A stretch of DNA of 64,000 nt, taken from Lama guanicoe (taxonomy: Eukaryota). The notes under the pieces were generated by a model. The model was not told where the DNA came from. It saw nothing but the letters and a program-made list of their open reading frames with translations, and did not search any database. A program made the position numbers and the translations under genes. Positions 36,334-49,653 of this stretch are shown piece by piece; positions within the stretch are counted from its first letter, which is position 1; each line of letters begins with the position of its first letter. The stretch is taken from NCBI GenBank assembly GCA_013239625.1, contig MU053448.1, forward strand, positions 1 to 64,000, given 5' to 3'.

Positions 36334-39300
36334 AAAGGAGGTGGTAAAAATCCACTTCCACAGAACTCAATAGCAATAAGGTAGAGCTTCGCCTGCCTGG
36401 GACACTCAGGCCTGTGAGTGGGGTGCGGCATCCCCTCGGACACCCTCTACTTTGCCATGGAACCAGCTGCAGCAGCCATTGTGGACAAAAGGTCATCAAC
36501 TTGTGCTCGCTGTTCCTACACTATGAGCCAGCTTCACCACATCCTTCTCTTCCTCATCCTATTTTTAACATCACTGAGACAAAAAAAGGTTGTTAAGAAA
36601 ACAGTGTGCATGAATGCAAACAAACCAAAAAGATCAAGGTAATAAATAAAATTGACCGAATGATATTCAATTAGAGCAGAAACCTTTTACAGAGATGTGC
36701 TCTCCAGGCTAACATATCCCTGGCTTTCCCTATATCCACCAGCTTTCTAGAGGAAACCAGTGGAAACAGGTAATGTAGAAATACAAGATGGGACAGTATC
36801 CCCACTTTCAGCAGTCATTATTCCTCTCTTTTTCTCGGGCATAAAGGAGATGTGCTGTGTATGCCGGGGCAGCTGCAGCCAATTTGGAGGCCATGGATGT
36901 CACCAAGCATCTGTGCAGTTTGCTTCTAAGAGCTGGTGTTTTGATCCAGGTTAGGAGGTTACTTCCAAAGAATATCTATCTTACTTAATTTTGAGGGAGA
37001 GTCTCTGTAAGGAAGGAAACAATCTTTTATTTTTGTGAGTAATTCTTGCAAGCCTGTTGTCTCTAACCTCTGGGTTTTCTGGCCGGTGTCTGTTGCTGAG
37101 AGAGCCCTGCGGGAGAGGGAGGACCAGAATCCACTCAGTGTGGCTCCTGGTCACTTGCAGCCTTGCTGACCCAGCGCAGGGCTCAGAGGCAAAGCCACAA
37201 AGAGGCTGTGTCCCGGAAGTACCTCTGCTGACGATTAGAGTCCTAGCTAAACGTAACGTATTAAACAGAACCAATGTGTCAAGCAAAAATGTAGTTCCTC
37301 TAGTCTCTTGTGGTCCCTGGCCTGTGAAGTGTGTGATTCTGGGGATGACGGGTTGATGACAGGGACTTTGATGAAAAGGTTTTTTTATTTTAACAGTTTT
37401 CTGTGAATTTTGATACACATTAAGAAATATAACTAGCAAAACATGACTATTATTAAAGATGCAACCAAGTTTAAAAAAAAAAGATCTAAAATCAATTCAG
37501 AGAAAAACGTTAGGAAAAATAGAATAAAAACATAGATATCCATGACAAATATCACAAGTTATAGGCCAGTGACTGATGCTGGGAAATGTGGATGCGGACT
37601 GGGGCAGGCCCTTCACAGCTCTTGCCCAGACCAGGCCAGTACATCAAAGAGCACACAGCCAGCTCCTCCACTCCGCAGACACGTGCCCCCCTGCCGCCCC
37701 CTCCCCAGCTCTCGACACTTGATCCCCTGACTTGTCTCGTTTAGGGTTTTTCGTTAGAAGAGCCTCCTGTAATTTCACCTCTCTGACACACCTCTGTTTC
37801 CACTTTTCCACACTCTCTTCCAAGAAGAAGCATGAGGCTATTTGCATGCATGTTTTTCCACGATGGTTGTATTACTACAGATAATTTGCATTTGGTGTTA
37901 TTTCAAACAGTGTTATATCAGAAGCATTTTCCTTGTTGCATAATAGTTGTCATCTTTAAGGGTTTGGTTGTTTCCAGTTTTTACAAATGAATCTCATTGG
38001 ACACATAACTTTTGAACTATTGAACTATTAGTTATTTTGGGAGACTAAATTCATGCAAGTGACATAAATGGGTCAAAGCATATAAACTATCATCACTTCC
38101 TAACTGTCCATACCCACTAATCTTGATGCTTCTTAGCCCATTAAAAAAATGATGACCACCTTTGCTCTTATATGCAAAGAACCTTTTCAAAGAAAGGGAA
38201 TTTTAAAAACCTCAGTGGAAAAATGACAAAGGACATGAACGTTATCTCAGAGAAAAAGAAATACACTTGACTGTGAGCATATGATGCAACCTCACTGAGC
38301 CTTAAAATTCTGCAAATTCAAGCAAAAAAAAGGATGCCTGGTGAGGTCTGAAAAGTTTGATGACACTCCCTGAAGGTAAGGTCCGGGAACCAGCCACTTT
38401 CATTGAATTTTTGCAGACATGTCAATTGACAAGGTTTTAGGGGATGATAATTCGGCAATCACTGTCAAAACATAAAATGTCTGTGCTTTCTGACCCAGCA
38501 AGTCTACTTCTAAGACGAGATCTTGAAGACCCAGTAAAGTACACAAAGATAAATGAACAACTGTATTCATGTCAATATAATTTTTAATAGTGAAAGCCAG
38601 AAGGATTTAAAATCTCCACCAATGGGAAACCTGGTGGAATAAGTTAGGATACGTGTACTTCAGAGCCTTGCCACCGACAGGAAGCGGGTGTCTGCTGGCA
38701 CGGTACAGGCATCTGCTGAGGGTCAAGCCCCGGGGTGTGGCTGCCAGAGTCTGTAATGTGAGCACCACCAGGTATTAACATCAGAGTGGGAGGCGTGTCT
38801 GATTCTTCACTTTATATCTTTACTAGAATTTTGTATAGGAGGAACATATTACTTTTGAAATGTAAAACATTAAAGAAAAAGGAAACTTCTCACTTAAGAA
38901 CAATCAAATATATATGCATGTATGTGTATATATATATGTGTGTGCATATATTTGTATATTTTAGAAGGAGTCACTTGGAACATTATTGACGAAGGGACCA
39001 TGGTATTTCCTTTCTCATTAGAACCTGCCGGTGAACACATTCCTTTTCTCTCAGTGAGTCCTCTAGTGACCAAAAGACTAGCCTTGGTGTCAGAAAATTA
39101 GCATTTTTCTCCTCTCACTACTCAGTCCCTGGATTTCTCCATGCTAAAAGCTGGGTAGGAAATAAATTATCTTGTCAGTTATGGATGGGAAAAATTGAGC
39201 ACAAGGAATGCAACTGACTGCCAGAGGGGTGTGCAGACTGCAGTCCGGGGAACGCTGGCCGGCGCTGGGGCCAGGGCGCCTCCACCCTTGCTCTCTGCTG

Positions 39301-39529
39301 CATGGAAACGGAACTTGTGCGCCAAACCCCGCTTTCCATGCACGCCAGCCTCAAAGCTCTGAGCACTGTCCACAGAGGTTAAATGCAAGCCCGCCTGCAA
39401 ACGTTGCTGTGCCCTGTGTCCTGAGCCGCACTGCTGCGCCTCCGACCGGCTCCACCCCAGATCCGTGCCTGCCAAGGGCCAGCCTCGGGAGCAGGGCTGC
39501 CCAGGAACACTTCCTGCCGAGATGGAATG

Positions 39530-39705
39530 TTCTGGACCTGCGTTCAGCAGGCCACTGCAAACCACAGATGCTTATTGAGCACTTGAAATGTGGCTAGAGC
39601 AACTGAGGGACTGGGTTTTTAATTTTATTTACTTTTAATAAGCATCAGTTTAAATAGCCCCATGTGGTTGGTTACTGGCTACCGTACTGGACACGTGATG
39701 CTCTA
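39530..39705. mobile_element. MER3-like hAT MITE
   Basis: ttattgagcacttgaaatgtggctag...aaatagccccatgtgg...ggctaccgtactggaca. Confidence 0.75.
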
Positions 39706-40208
39706 GAAATGAAATATCCGGTGGACCAGCAGTGTTCCTTGGGGTGTGTTTGGAGAACTCTGGCAAAACCGACAACACCATGTTGGGTTGTGGTTAGCTG
39801 GACCCAGTAAATCACTTTATCTGGGAACTGTGTGTGCAACCCAAGAAGGAAGGATATAAAACAAAAAAATAGCAGGAGAAACAGAAGAGAGGAATGAGAG
39901 AGTGCCTGCTTTTTGAAGAATGGCAAAATGACAGGGCCTGCAGCATTTGTGGTTATATCTGAATGGTCTTGGCCAACGCCCCAGGCCTGCTCAAGTCTGG
40001 CTGCACAGGCCCCTACAAGGGTCTTTGCCACTTCCGGCCTCTCAGCCAGAATCACTTAATAAACCTAATCGCCTGCTTCCTCACTACAAAAAAAAAAAAA
40101 ATTGAAAAAAGAAGGAAAAGAAAACAATGTAGTGGTAAGTTAAAGGTTACTCTTTGTGAATCTTGCCTCCTCCCTACCCCAACAGACCCCCATTTCCACA
40201 CCCTCCCC

Positions 40209-40641
40209 TGTTACCGAGTCCAAACTCGTTCTGCTCACCGCACAACAGGCCAATAAATCGAGAGATGAGGTGTTGGGGCAAGGAACAGCGAGTTTATTCC
40301 GAAAGCCAGCAGACCGAGAGGATGGCAGACTAATGTCTTAGCAAGCCATCTTCCCCAAGTCAGAATCCAGGCTCTTTTTATATAAAAAGCACGGTAGGGG
40401 GTGTGGTTGGTTGTTGCAAACTTCCTGGTGCGGGAATCCTTTGTTCCTGCAGCCGTCCACCTGGGCCAGCTCATGGTGCCCTTGTAAAACCTCTAACAAA
40501 ACAAATGTTATTCTCTGTTCTGTAACTTGTTATCTTTACGTGAGTGCAGAGCTAGCAAGACTAGGCCTAGAAAACAGAGCACAGGATTAAACCCAAAGGA
40601 ACAGATCTAATGTGGGGTCAGATTTGTTCTTTTCTATTACA
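40209..40641 (-). mobile_element. ERV1 solo LTR (family A, internally shorter)
   Basis: TG...CA ends, TSD CCCC. Confidence 0.88.
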
Positions 40642-40730
40642 CCCCTGCCGGACACACCACACGTCACTGGCCGAGGACAGCAGCAGTCCTCACACAACAC
40701 ACCCTGTGTCTACGCATCCCATGTTCCACG

Positions 40731-41201
40731 TGTTACCAGAGGCAAGTTCAGGTGCCTGCTGCACCACAAGGCCTAACAAAATGAAACATCAGAGTTTGGA
40801 GCAGAGGAAGGTTTATTGCAGGGCCGAGCAAGGAGGACAGGGTGGCTCATGCCGAAGAAAACTCCAAACTCTCCAAAGGATTTCAGCAAAGCACATGTAA
40901 AGGCCAGGTGAGGGGGAGGGGTCACAGGATACGTGATCCGCGGGTGCACAATGCTCTGATTGGTTGATGTGGAGGGAACAGGGCGGTCAGCACCATTAAC
41001 CCCTAGGCGCCAGAAGGTCTGGGGGCAATGCGCCCTTGACCATCAAGTAATTAGTTTCTTCCCTTGTGGTTTTTAGCATCTGAAAATTTCAGGAAATATA
41101 CATGAGATTCTATGATCTGGGTCCTTCAGAGAGGAGCTGCAGCAGAGGACGGGGGAAAGGGTCTGACTCTGGAAGGCTCCCCAGGGTCCTGCTCGGTTAC
41201 A
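40731..41201 (-). mobile_element. ERV1 solo LTR (family C)
   Basis: TGTTACC...GGTTACA, TSD CACG/CACA, AATAAA on the minus strand. Confidence 0.82.
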
Positions 41202-41571
41202 CACAGGAGACACCAGGGCCCGCCACGATGCCAGGCTGGCCGCTGCGTGTCAGGGCTGCTGTGGTCTTTCTTGCTGCCTTTTCGCCCCAGGAGTCCACTT
41301 TGGGGGACCAACCCTAAACACACTGATACACATGCAAGTGAAATGTATGTACACCCAGCATCGTTATTAATAGAGAAAATAACCCATCAGCACAGGCACA
41401 GTAAAGACATTCTGTGAAGCGAATATATGCCACAAGGCACGCTGTGAGGACCAGCTGCTGGAGCCCTCAGTCACAAGGGGCCATGCTCGGACGGGGCTTG
41501 ATGCTGCCCCGACAGCGATGTCCACAGAGAACGCAGATACTTCAAGGCGCTTCAAGAATAATGGCAAATAC

Positions 41572-41710
41572 AGGGGGAGAGCGTAGCTCAGTGGTACAGC
41601 ATGTGCTTAGCATGCAGGAGGTCCTGGGTTCAATCCCCAGCACCTCCATTAAAGATAATAATAGTTATTATACAAATTTAATTACCTACTCCCATAAAAA
41701 GAAAAAAAGA
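41572..41710 (+). mobile_element. tRNA-derived SINE
   Basis: Same head and tail; flanked by aagaataatggcaaat / aagaatgacaaat. Confidence 0.85.
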
Positions 41711-42790
41711 ATGACAAATGGAAAAGCGAGGCATACAGCTGTAGTATAAATATGTATAATCTTATCAACCGTGTAAAAGGGACTTACTTATTCATTCAAT
41801 AAATACTTCCTGAGAATTGACTCCCTAGGGGACGGACGCCCGCTTAGCCCATCTCTTTCTCCATGACTCACGGTGATTTTAAAGGGAGATGGCACAGAAG
41901 GTCCTTAGGGAGAGGCTGGCTAAGCCCCTGGACAAGGCTTCATGAGGTGTCCCCACCAGCTGTGCAGGTCCAGAAATCGAATTTTTTCCCCCGATGCCCA
42001 AAATTGATGAGGCTTCTGAGGACCAAATAATGATGATAAATTCATAATTCAATAATTGCCAAGGTGGCTAATGTGCCATTAGAATTCCACTTTCTTCAGT
42101 GCCCAGGCTCCAGTGGGAGAGAGCTCAAGCCCCTGGAAGGGCTCCTGATCCAAATGACCCACTTTTGCAGGGCTCCTAGCAGGCCATGACCTGCCAGCTA
42201 ACACATTTTGCATTTTATATCTACTGTGTAAAGCCAATGACCCAAACTTAGAAGCTGAAACAATAACACTTCTTGTCTCGGTTTCCCTGAGTCAGGGATC
42301 TGGGCGTAGCTTTGCTGGGTCCCCCAGGGCCGAGTGGCTCTGGTGGCTCAGGACGCACTTTGCGTCTGTGTTCGTGCATCGCTGGATGATTTATATTTGC
42401 ATGCTCATTTCCAGCAAAGCCTCACCCTGACTAGGCAGCTAAGCACAGGAAGTTTCAGTGCTACTTTCTTCAAGCCTGAGTATTCAAGTAAGTCCTGACC
42501 CGACCACTGGATTTGATGCCATCTGACCATGCAGGTGGCAGGTTAGTGCCCGAGCCAGTCTGTCCAGGGGGGTCAGTGTGAGTGGGATGAAGCGGGCGTC
42601 CCCTCCTCCCAAGCCTCCCTGAGACAGTAGAGCATCTTGCTCCTGGAGCGTCCTTAGTGCTTGAGGCCTTATGTCTTTTTTATTTTATTTTATTTTTTAT
42701 TGAAGTGTAGTTGATTCACAATGTTAGTTTCAGGTGTACAGTAAAGTGATTTAGTTATACATATACATAACTATATATATAATGTATTTT

Positions 42791-43307
42791 TGTTAATGAG
42801 TCCAAACTCGTTCTCTTGCTACACAATAGGCCAATAAATCCAGAGATGAGGTGTTGGAACAAGGAATAATGACTTTATTTGGAAAGCTGGCAGACCGTGA
42901 AGACGGCAGACTAATGTCCTGGAGAACAATCTTCCCCAAGTCAGAATTCAGGCTCCTTTTATACTAAGGGGCGGGGGGTGTCACTGGTTGTTACAGACTT
43001 CTTGGTGTCAGACTCCTTTGTTCTTGCAGCTGTCCACGTGGGTCAGGTCATGTTGTCCCTGCAAACCTCCGACAAGACAATTGTTATTCTCTGCTCTGCA
43101 ACTATTTATCTCTATATGAATGGGAAAGTGTTACACCCTTAAAGGTCAGAGCCTTGAGTATGGGCTCTCCTGTCTATTTCAGGCTCCAGGCAACATTCTT
43201 TTACAAAAGGTGCAGAACCAGCAAAATGGAGCACAGGAGACAGAGCACAGGGTTAGAGCCAAGGGAACAGATCTCATATGGAGTTAGCTTTGTTCTTCCC
43301 TATTACA
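42791..43307 (-). mobile_element. ERV1 solo LTR (family A) nested inside an L1 3' fragment (about 42675-43395, minus)
   Basis: TG...CA ends, TSD TTTT; L1 3' UTR sequence resumes on both sides. Confidence 0.88.
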
Positions 43308-44243
43308 TTTTCAGATTCTTTCGCATTATAGCTTATTACAAGAAATAGAATATGGTTCCCTGTACTATACAGTAGGTCCTTGTTTAAACCCTGTCTTACA
43401 GACCAGAGGCCAGACCAGGGTAGGGGAGGGGCTGAACAGGGTGCCCCTTCCCCGCATTGACCATGCCCCCCACCCCTCTGTGCACCAGCCCCTGGTGCCC
43501 CTTGCTCTTCCACCCACACACTTGACACATGGCCCTGTGGATGTGAATGTGATGACAAGACTCAGCGTGGTCAAAGGCCCTGAAGGAAACTCTGTCCCTT
43601 AACCTAGAGTACAGCCTGGAGGAACCAGAAACCAGGCTAGTGAATCTGACCTGGAAGCCCCCCATCTCTGCTCTGCTCTCCCTCCTCCGGGACTCAGGCG
43701 TAGCCTCGCTGGGCATGGGGCAAGAGGCCACCCGGGATGTGGGCTTGTCTTCTGCTCACGAGCTGGGAACGTCTCTCCTAGTGGTCCTCAACATGCACGG
43801 GAATTGCAGTATAAATAAGACGATTGATCAGTCGGTCCTGCTAGTCCTAGACCCAATGGACAATGCCTGGTCCTCTTGTTGTGCTGAGGGACAAAGACTC
43901 TCATAAACTCACTCTGCCTCTATTACTGCCAGGAACTCAACTCTTGAGCCTACTTTTCTGCAACTGACCAGTCCCAAGCAAGGCAACCAGGTTCCTTTCC
44001 AGACTTTGCATCAGCACTCCCTTTGCTGTGCCTTCATCCTGGCTCACATCCACTGATGCCCGTCTCCTAAGTGATGTCTTTGTCTCTTCTGCCTGCCTCC
44101 TTTGTGCCCTTTTTCCTCATCTAGAAAACAGTGCTTGCTAGTTCTAATATACCACGTTTTGTTTTTTTTTCTCTCTCCCTTCCCCAATTCCACGTTAAAG
44201 CTAAAATTTCCTACTCATCTTAGAACCACGAAACTCAGTTGCT

Positions 44244-44400
44244 GGGGGAAGGGATATAGCTCAGTGGTAGAGCACCTGCTTAGCATGCATGAGGTCCTGG
44301 GCTCAATCCGCAGTACCTCCATTAAAATGGAGAAAAGAAAAGAAATATTTAAGAAAATAAAAAATAAAAACCAGAGAGCAAGTTTTATTTAAAAAAAAAA
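44244..44400 (+). mobile_element. tRNA-derived SINE
   Basis: Same head; flanked by aaactcagttgct / aaactcagctgct. Confidence 0.85.
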
Positions 44401-44608
44401 CTCAGCTGCTTGCAAGAAAAGAGTAATGAGTCTCTTTGAAAAACTGAACATATCAAGAATCTTAGAATTTGGGGAAAATGCAGAAAGAGCTGATATTGAC
44501 AAAAGAGTGTGTGTGTGTATATGTGGAAGTGGGGGAGTAGGGGGAAGAAAACGAAAAATTGGTAGGGAAAAGCTGTGAAGCGTTTTATCCTCTTCCAGAA
44601 AATGGTAA

Positions 44609-45131
44609 TGTAACAGAAAAGAACAAATCTAACTCCGTAATAGATCTGTTCCTTTGACTTCAACCCTGTGCCCTGCTTCCTAGGCTTAGTCTTGCTGCTT
44701 CTGCAACTTTTGTAAAAGAATTTCAGGCTATAGCCTGAAATAGACAGGAGAGCCCATTCTCAAGGCTCTGACCTTTAAGGATATTAACACTTTTGCATTC
44801 CTATAAAGGTAACAAGTTGCAGAATAGGGAATAACCTTTGTTTTGTTGGAGGATTTACAGGGGCACCATAACCTGACCCACATGGACAGCTGCAAGAACA
44901 AAGGATTCCTGCACCATGAAATTTGCAACAACCAACGACAACTCCTCCCCTTTTTAGTATAAAAGGAGCCTGAATGCTGACCTAGGGAAGATGGTTCTCC
45001 AGCACATTAGTCTACCATCTTCACGGTCTGCCAGCTTTCTGAATAAAGTCATTATTCCTTGCTCCAACACCTCATCTCCCAATTTATTGGCCTGTCGTGC
45101 AGTGAGCAGAATGAGTCTGGAGTTGGTAAGA
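44609..45131 (+). mobile_element. ERV1 solo LTR (family A)
   Basis: TATAAAA and AATAAA on the plus strand, TSD GTAA. Confidence 0.88.
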
Positions 45132-47242
45132 GTAAAGCCACCCTAGAAATATATTCATTACTCCCCAAGAGGACACTGAGTCCTGGGAAACCTAAATCTC
45201 TTTGTAATGCGCCGTCAAATGAAGCATTTTTCAAACATGAAATCCTCTAGACAACTAAACTTGTCTTTCCAGAGAAAAGGACAAATATAACTGAATGCTA
45301 ATCTTGTACGGGAAGACAGGCACTCAAGACGAGAGCCAGGCACACGGCTGGTGTTAATTCTAAATTTCATAGTCTGATTATTTTAGTGTGATCAAAATCC
45401 TACTCCCCAACCCAAACAGACCTTATAAAGGTTTGGATTGGAGAGGGTTCACTGGATCCCGAAACTTGGAGGTGCATCTTTGGATTCAAATCGTAATGTG
45501 GATAGGACAGGGAGGATGACTGACAAGGACTCACAGAGCGGGTCAGATCACCAGGAACATAGGAGTGGATTCCCGCCCCAACCAACCCGCATTCATGTGG
45601 GGTTTGTTTTTTTTTTTTTATTCAACTTAATTGGCTATTCCAAAGATTTTTTTAAAGATTTTTTCCCCCTATTTTTGACGATTGGCGCCTTTAAGATGCA
45701 CGATGGTACTGTGTTTTGCATTTTTTGGTAAAAGGAGCAAAGTGAGGACCTGGAGAGATACGCTGGCTCAGTCTCCTGGGAAGGATTCAGCACGAGTAGA
45801 TGGTAAATATTTCAGGGGGGTTGGGCGGGGTTGTTTAAAATAGTAAATCGGGAAGTCACTTCTAAATTTAAAGAAAACAAAATTGGAGTTGAAGGAAAAG
45901 TAGGTTTCCAATTGGCTATTGCCATTTTTCTTTGAAAAACAGTAAACTTTTTTTTTTAATTAAAAAAATAAAAATCACCTATGCAAAAGAAACAAACAAA
46001 AGCCTCTGAACAAATAGTAGCCAGAGTTCTGCCTTTCCCACCTGGCTTCTCACGCTCTTGTCCCGCAAGGTTGGGGGTCCCAGGTTGAGGGTGGAGCATA
46101 TGAGATGCCCCCATTTTCCAAATGTCACTGGGTGGGGGTGGTACATGCATATACAGTAGGCACATTTTGGGGGAAGTCAGGAGTCCCAGGAAGCAGCCTC
46201 GAAGTTTCAGGATGGAAAAGCAGGTGGTATAAATGAGGGGACAAAATCATGTTTCAAACACCATTTCCTGGTTGTCCTTGCCAATCTCTGTGGTGTCCTT
46301 TCTATGCTGACAACTTTGCCCATAAAAAGAGGGCACAGCCACAGAAGAACGCTGTGCGGGAGCCCCATAGGTTTGAGCTTCTCCTCTGAAGTAGGCGAAG
46401 AGAGGGGGACAGGGGCCACAGCTGACTCAGGGCACACTGGAGTCTCCCCTACTGTGCCACCAGGTCGCACAGACAAGCCTGCCTTTCAAGACCTTTCCAG
46501 GAGAGTGCTTTATTTGGCTGCTTTTAATAATTACACAGCACTATCCCAGAGGGTGACCCCCATCTTGACGGCCAGACCACCCCTCTCCCTCTGCTCCAGA
46601 GAAAACCACGTTCTAGCGAACTTTTGAGGATACATCCAGAGAGTAAATTCTTAGTAAACTGGTTTGTTAAAGTGTCGCACTGTCAAATAATGCTTGCAAA
46701 CAGTTACCCCAGTATATTCTCCCACTGGCAATACAGGAAAGGATCAATTCTTATTTTATGGGGTCTCTGTGGTTCCCTTTCAATGACCTGCCAGGAGTAA
46801 ACATAAGGTCAGCTCTCACTGGTAATTAATTTTGCCCACAAGTGATTGAACTCAGTGAGTGCAGCTCAACCCAGGTTTCATTTCCTCTGGGGGTGCTCCT
46901 GGCCACCCATCCTTCCTCATTCTTTACTGGATCAAGACACACCCACTCTTGCTGCCCTGTGTGGTTTACTGTACTTTTCATACAGATAGCACAATGCTTC
47001 CTTGTCTTTCTTCTCCCCTCCTCCCTCTGTCCTGTGGGCCCGCGCGAGGCTTCCCCAGGATTGCACCCACGTTGGTTGCCCTTAGCTCATTTCTCAATAC
47101 ATCTGTCCTATCTGGGGAAAGCAGAAATACAGCTGAGTGCTCTCTCCGAGGCTGGGAGGTACTGATCATGAAGTCGATTCCCTCCCCCACAGAACAAACC
47201 TAAATTGAGAAATAAGAAGCCCACCAGAATATTCACAGCAAT

Positions 47243-48606
47243 TGTTTCCAATCTGTATTTTTCCCACACCACCAGGCAATTCTCCAGTTCTCAGCAGACA
47301 CTGACTAGGTGTCCCACGAGTAAAGCTCGGTTGTGACATCTACCTGCAGATAGCGTCAGATCCCGCAGGTTAGGGGCTCAGTCCTATGAGACTGCCCCCC
47401 CTCCAAATGCCAACCGCAGGTCCAGGTTGTTCCCTGTGCTTCCGACCTGGAGGTTCTACAAACCTCCTCCTTGGGCTCGATTAATTTGCTAGAGCAGCTC
47501 ACAGAACTCACGCAAACAGTTTACTTACTAGATTACCGAGAGATTACAAACGATACTTGGGGAATGTGGCGGGCTGGTGCGCTGGCAGTAGAAGAATTTA
47601 CCAAAGGCAAAGGATGAGAAGAGAAAAGGAGTGTATTAGGTTACTCTGCCATAGACCACAGTGGGCCGCACAGACAAGAGGTTCCTGTGTGAGCACCAAG
47701 GGTCGGTTGTTGGGGTCTTTTATGGGTAAGGGGTTGGTGAACACAGTGGGTTGGGGGGCTGTGCGCATGCACAAGTCTGATTGATTGTAGGAGAGGTAAG
47801 AAGTTTAGGGTCCGTGAAGGGCGGTGGGGTTTATGATTCACAAAGTAGAAGCATGGGCTGAAGCAAACCAGCCTGAGCTGTTGTGAGACCAGACATTCCT
47901 CAGGGCTATTCGTTTGTCAGGGCAAACACGCCCGGTAAAGAATGTACTTCATCTTTTGAGGGATAGCAGACAACATCTCAGAGCCCACGAATGGGGGTCG
48001 TTGGACTTCGAAGGACACCAGTTGGTCCCACAATACTAAACGAGCAAAGAGATACACAGGGTGAGATCTGGAAGGGTCCTGAACACAGGAGCCTCTGTCC
48101 CTGCAGAGCCTGAGGTGTGCCTCTCTCCCAGCATGTGGATGCATTCTGGTTCACCCAGCTGGAAGCTATCCAAAGCCAGAAGGTCACAGGTGGAGGCTGC
48201 GTTACTTGGGCAGGATTGGTTAGATCATTAGCCGTTGGAATTGCACTCAATTTCCAGCCTCCCCAGGTAGGGGGCTGGTACCGAGTGTTCCAACCCTCTA
48301 ATCATCTGGTTGGTTTCCCTGGCAACCAGCCTCCAGCCTTAGTTATCTAGGGGTTTTCCTAAAGTCACCTCATTAACAGAAACTCGGGTGTGGAAGCCAG
48401 GATCTTGTTATCAGTCGCTTGACACCCGTTTCACCTTCATAGCACTGACGCACTTTCAGGAACTGAGGACAAAAGACCAACTCTTACAATAGAAGATGCT
48501 CCCATTGCTCTTATTATGTAGGAAATGCCAAGAGTTTTGGGACGTGGGAGCCCAGAACTGTAGACAAAGCCCCAAAGATACATTTATTATAAATGATGAT
48601 ATCACA
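47243..48606. mobile_element. MER21-like LTR carrying a nested LTR
   Basis: cacaccaccaggcaattctcc...ttaatttgctagagcagctcacagaactca...aatgatgatatcaca. Confidence 0.75.
47558..48032. mobile_element. Solo LTR nested in the MER21-like element
   Basis: TG...CA ends with a perfect 5-bp TSD ATACT. Confidence 0.75.
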
Positions 48607-48984
48607 TAGTTGATATTTTCGATGTTTCTTGATTCGAAAGCATCCGCTGTACACAGGACAATGTGCATCTGGGAGATTTTCTGGTAGCTGTAGAGCTGCT
48701 GACCCCACATTGTTGTGGGGCCCTTGACCTGTGCAAAGGTCAGGGTGGGGAAGTTCAACTCAAGACTTTCAGGCTTGGCTACACTATAGAGCTCTTTCTC
48801 GCTAAGTTTCCTTTCTTATTAAATTCAATGAATATTTACCGACCCAAACTCTGCTAAACCCACTGAGGGCATCCGAAGATGCTAAAAACCGGGGTCTTGC
48901 TCACCACGATACCTTTAACAACATAATGCAAAAATTTATATTTATGCTACTTGGAAAAAGTGCTGGGAACTGGAGAGGTCATGG

Positions 48985-49653
48985 AGAGACAGGAAGGAAG
49001 GGGGCAGGGCACAACCATTAAAGGAATGACACAGCAATTGAAGATTCGACTCCCAGTAGAACTTGGGGCCCAAGATGGTGGAAGATTCAATTCCCAGTAG
49101 ACCCTGAGCCTCATTATAGGCTCATTATAATACATTAGCATGCTAAATCGCACTCCCTCAGGCACCAGGGCAGTTCTAAGGCGGACCATAAAAGGTGAAA
49201 AAGTGGGCGGTGGCCCACTTCCTGGGCATCCCAGCCTCTTCCCCAAAGTGGCTGGAACAGTCCTCCCACTTGTTAGCACAGGAAGTTACCGATCCCATAA
49301 AAACCACCACCGCCACGCCTCGTGGCTGCCCTCGCTGGCCCTCTGAGACGGCTGCACTCCGCCTATGGCTGTGTGTCTACTTTTACTTTAACCGCCCCCA
49401 CATCTCACAGCTGATCTCACTTTCCTAGACGACGCCATGCTCTGAGGCCACCACCTCTCACCTCTCAAGCCGGCCCGCGTCCTACCTATGGAATGTGCAC
49501 CTCTCTGAATAAATCTAGCTTTACTCAATTGTGGCTTGCTCTAGGATTCTTTCCTGTGTGAAGCCAAGGACCCTCACTTGATGAGGTGCGTCCCACGGAC
49601 TTGACCAAGACCTGGGACACAACCGTCCTCTTGTGCCCCATTTTCCTGTACCA
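48985..49653 (+). mobile_element. ERV1 solo LTR (family D) inserted in a relic exon
   Basis: agagacagg...cctgtacca termini, AATAAA at about 49508, perfect TSD ATGG. Confidence 0.85.
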
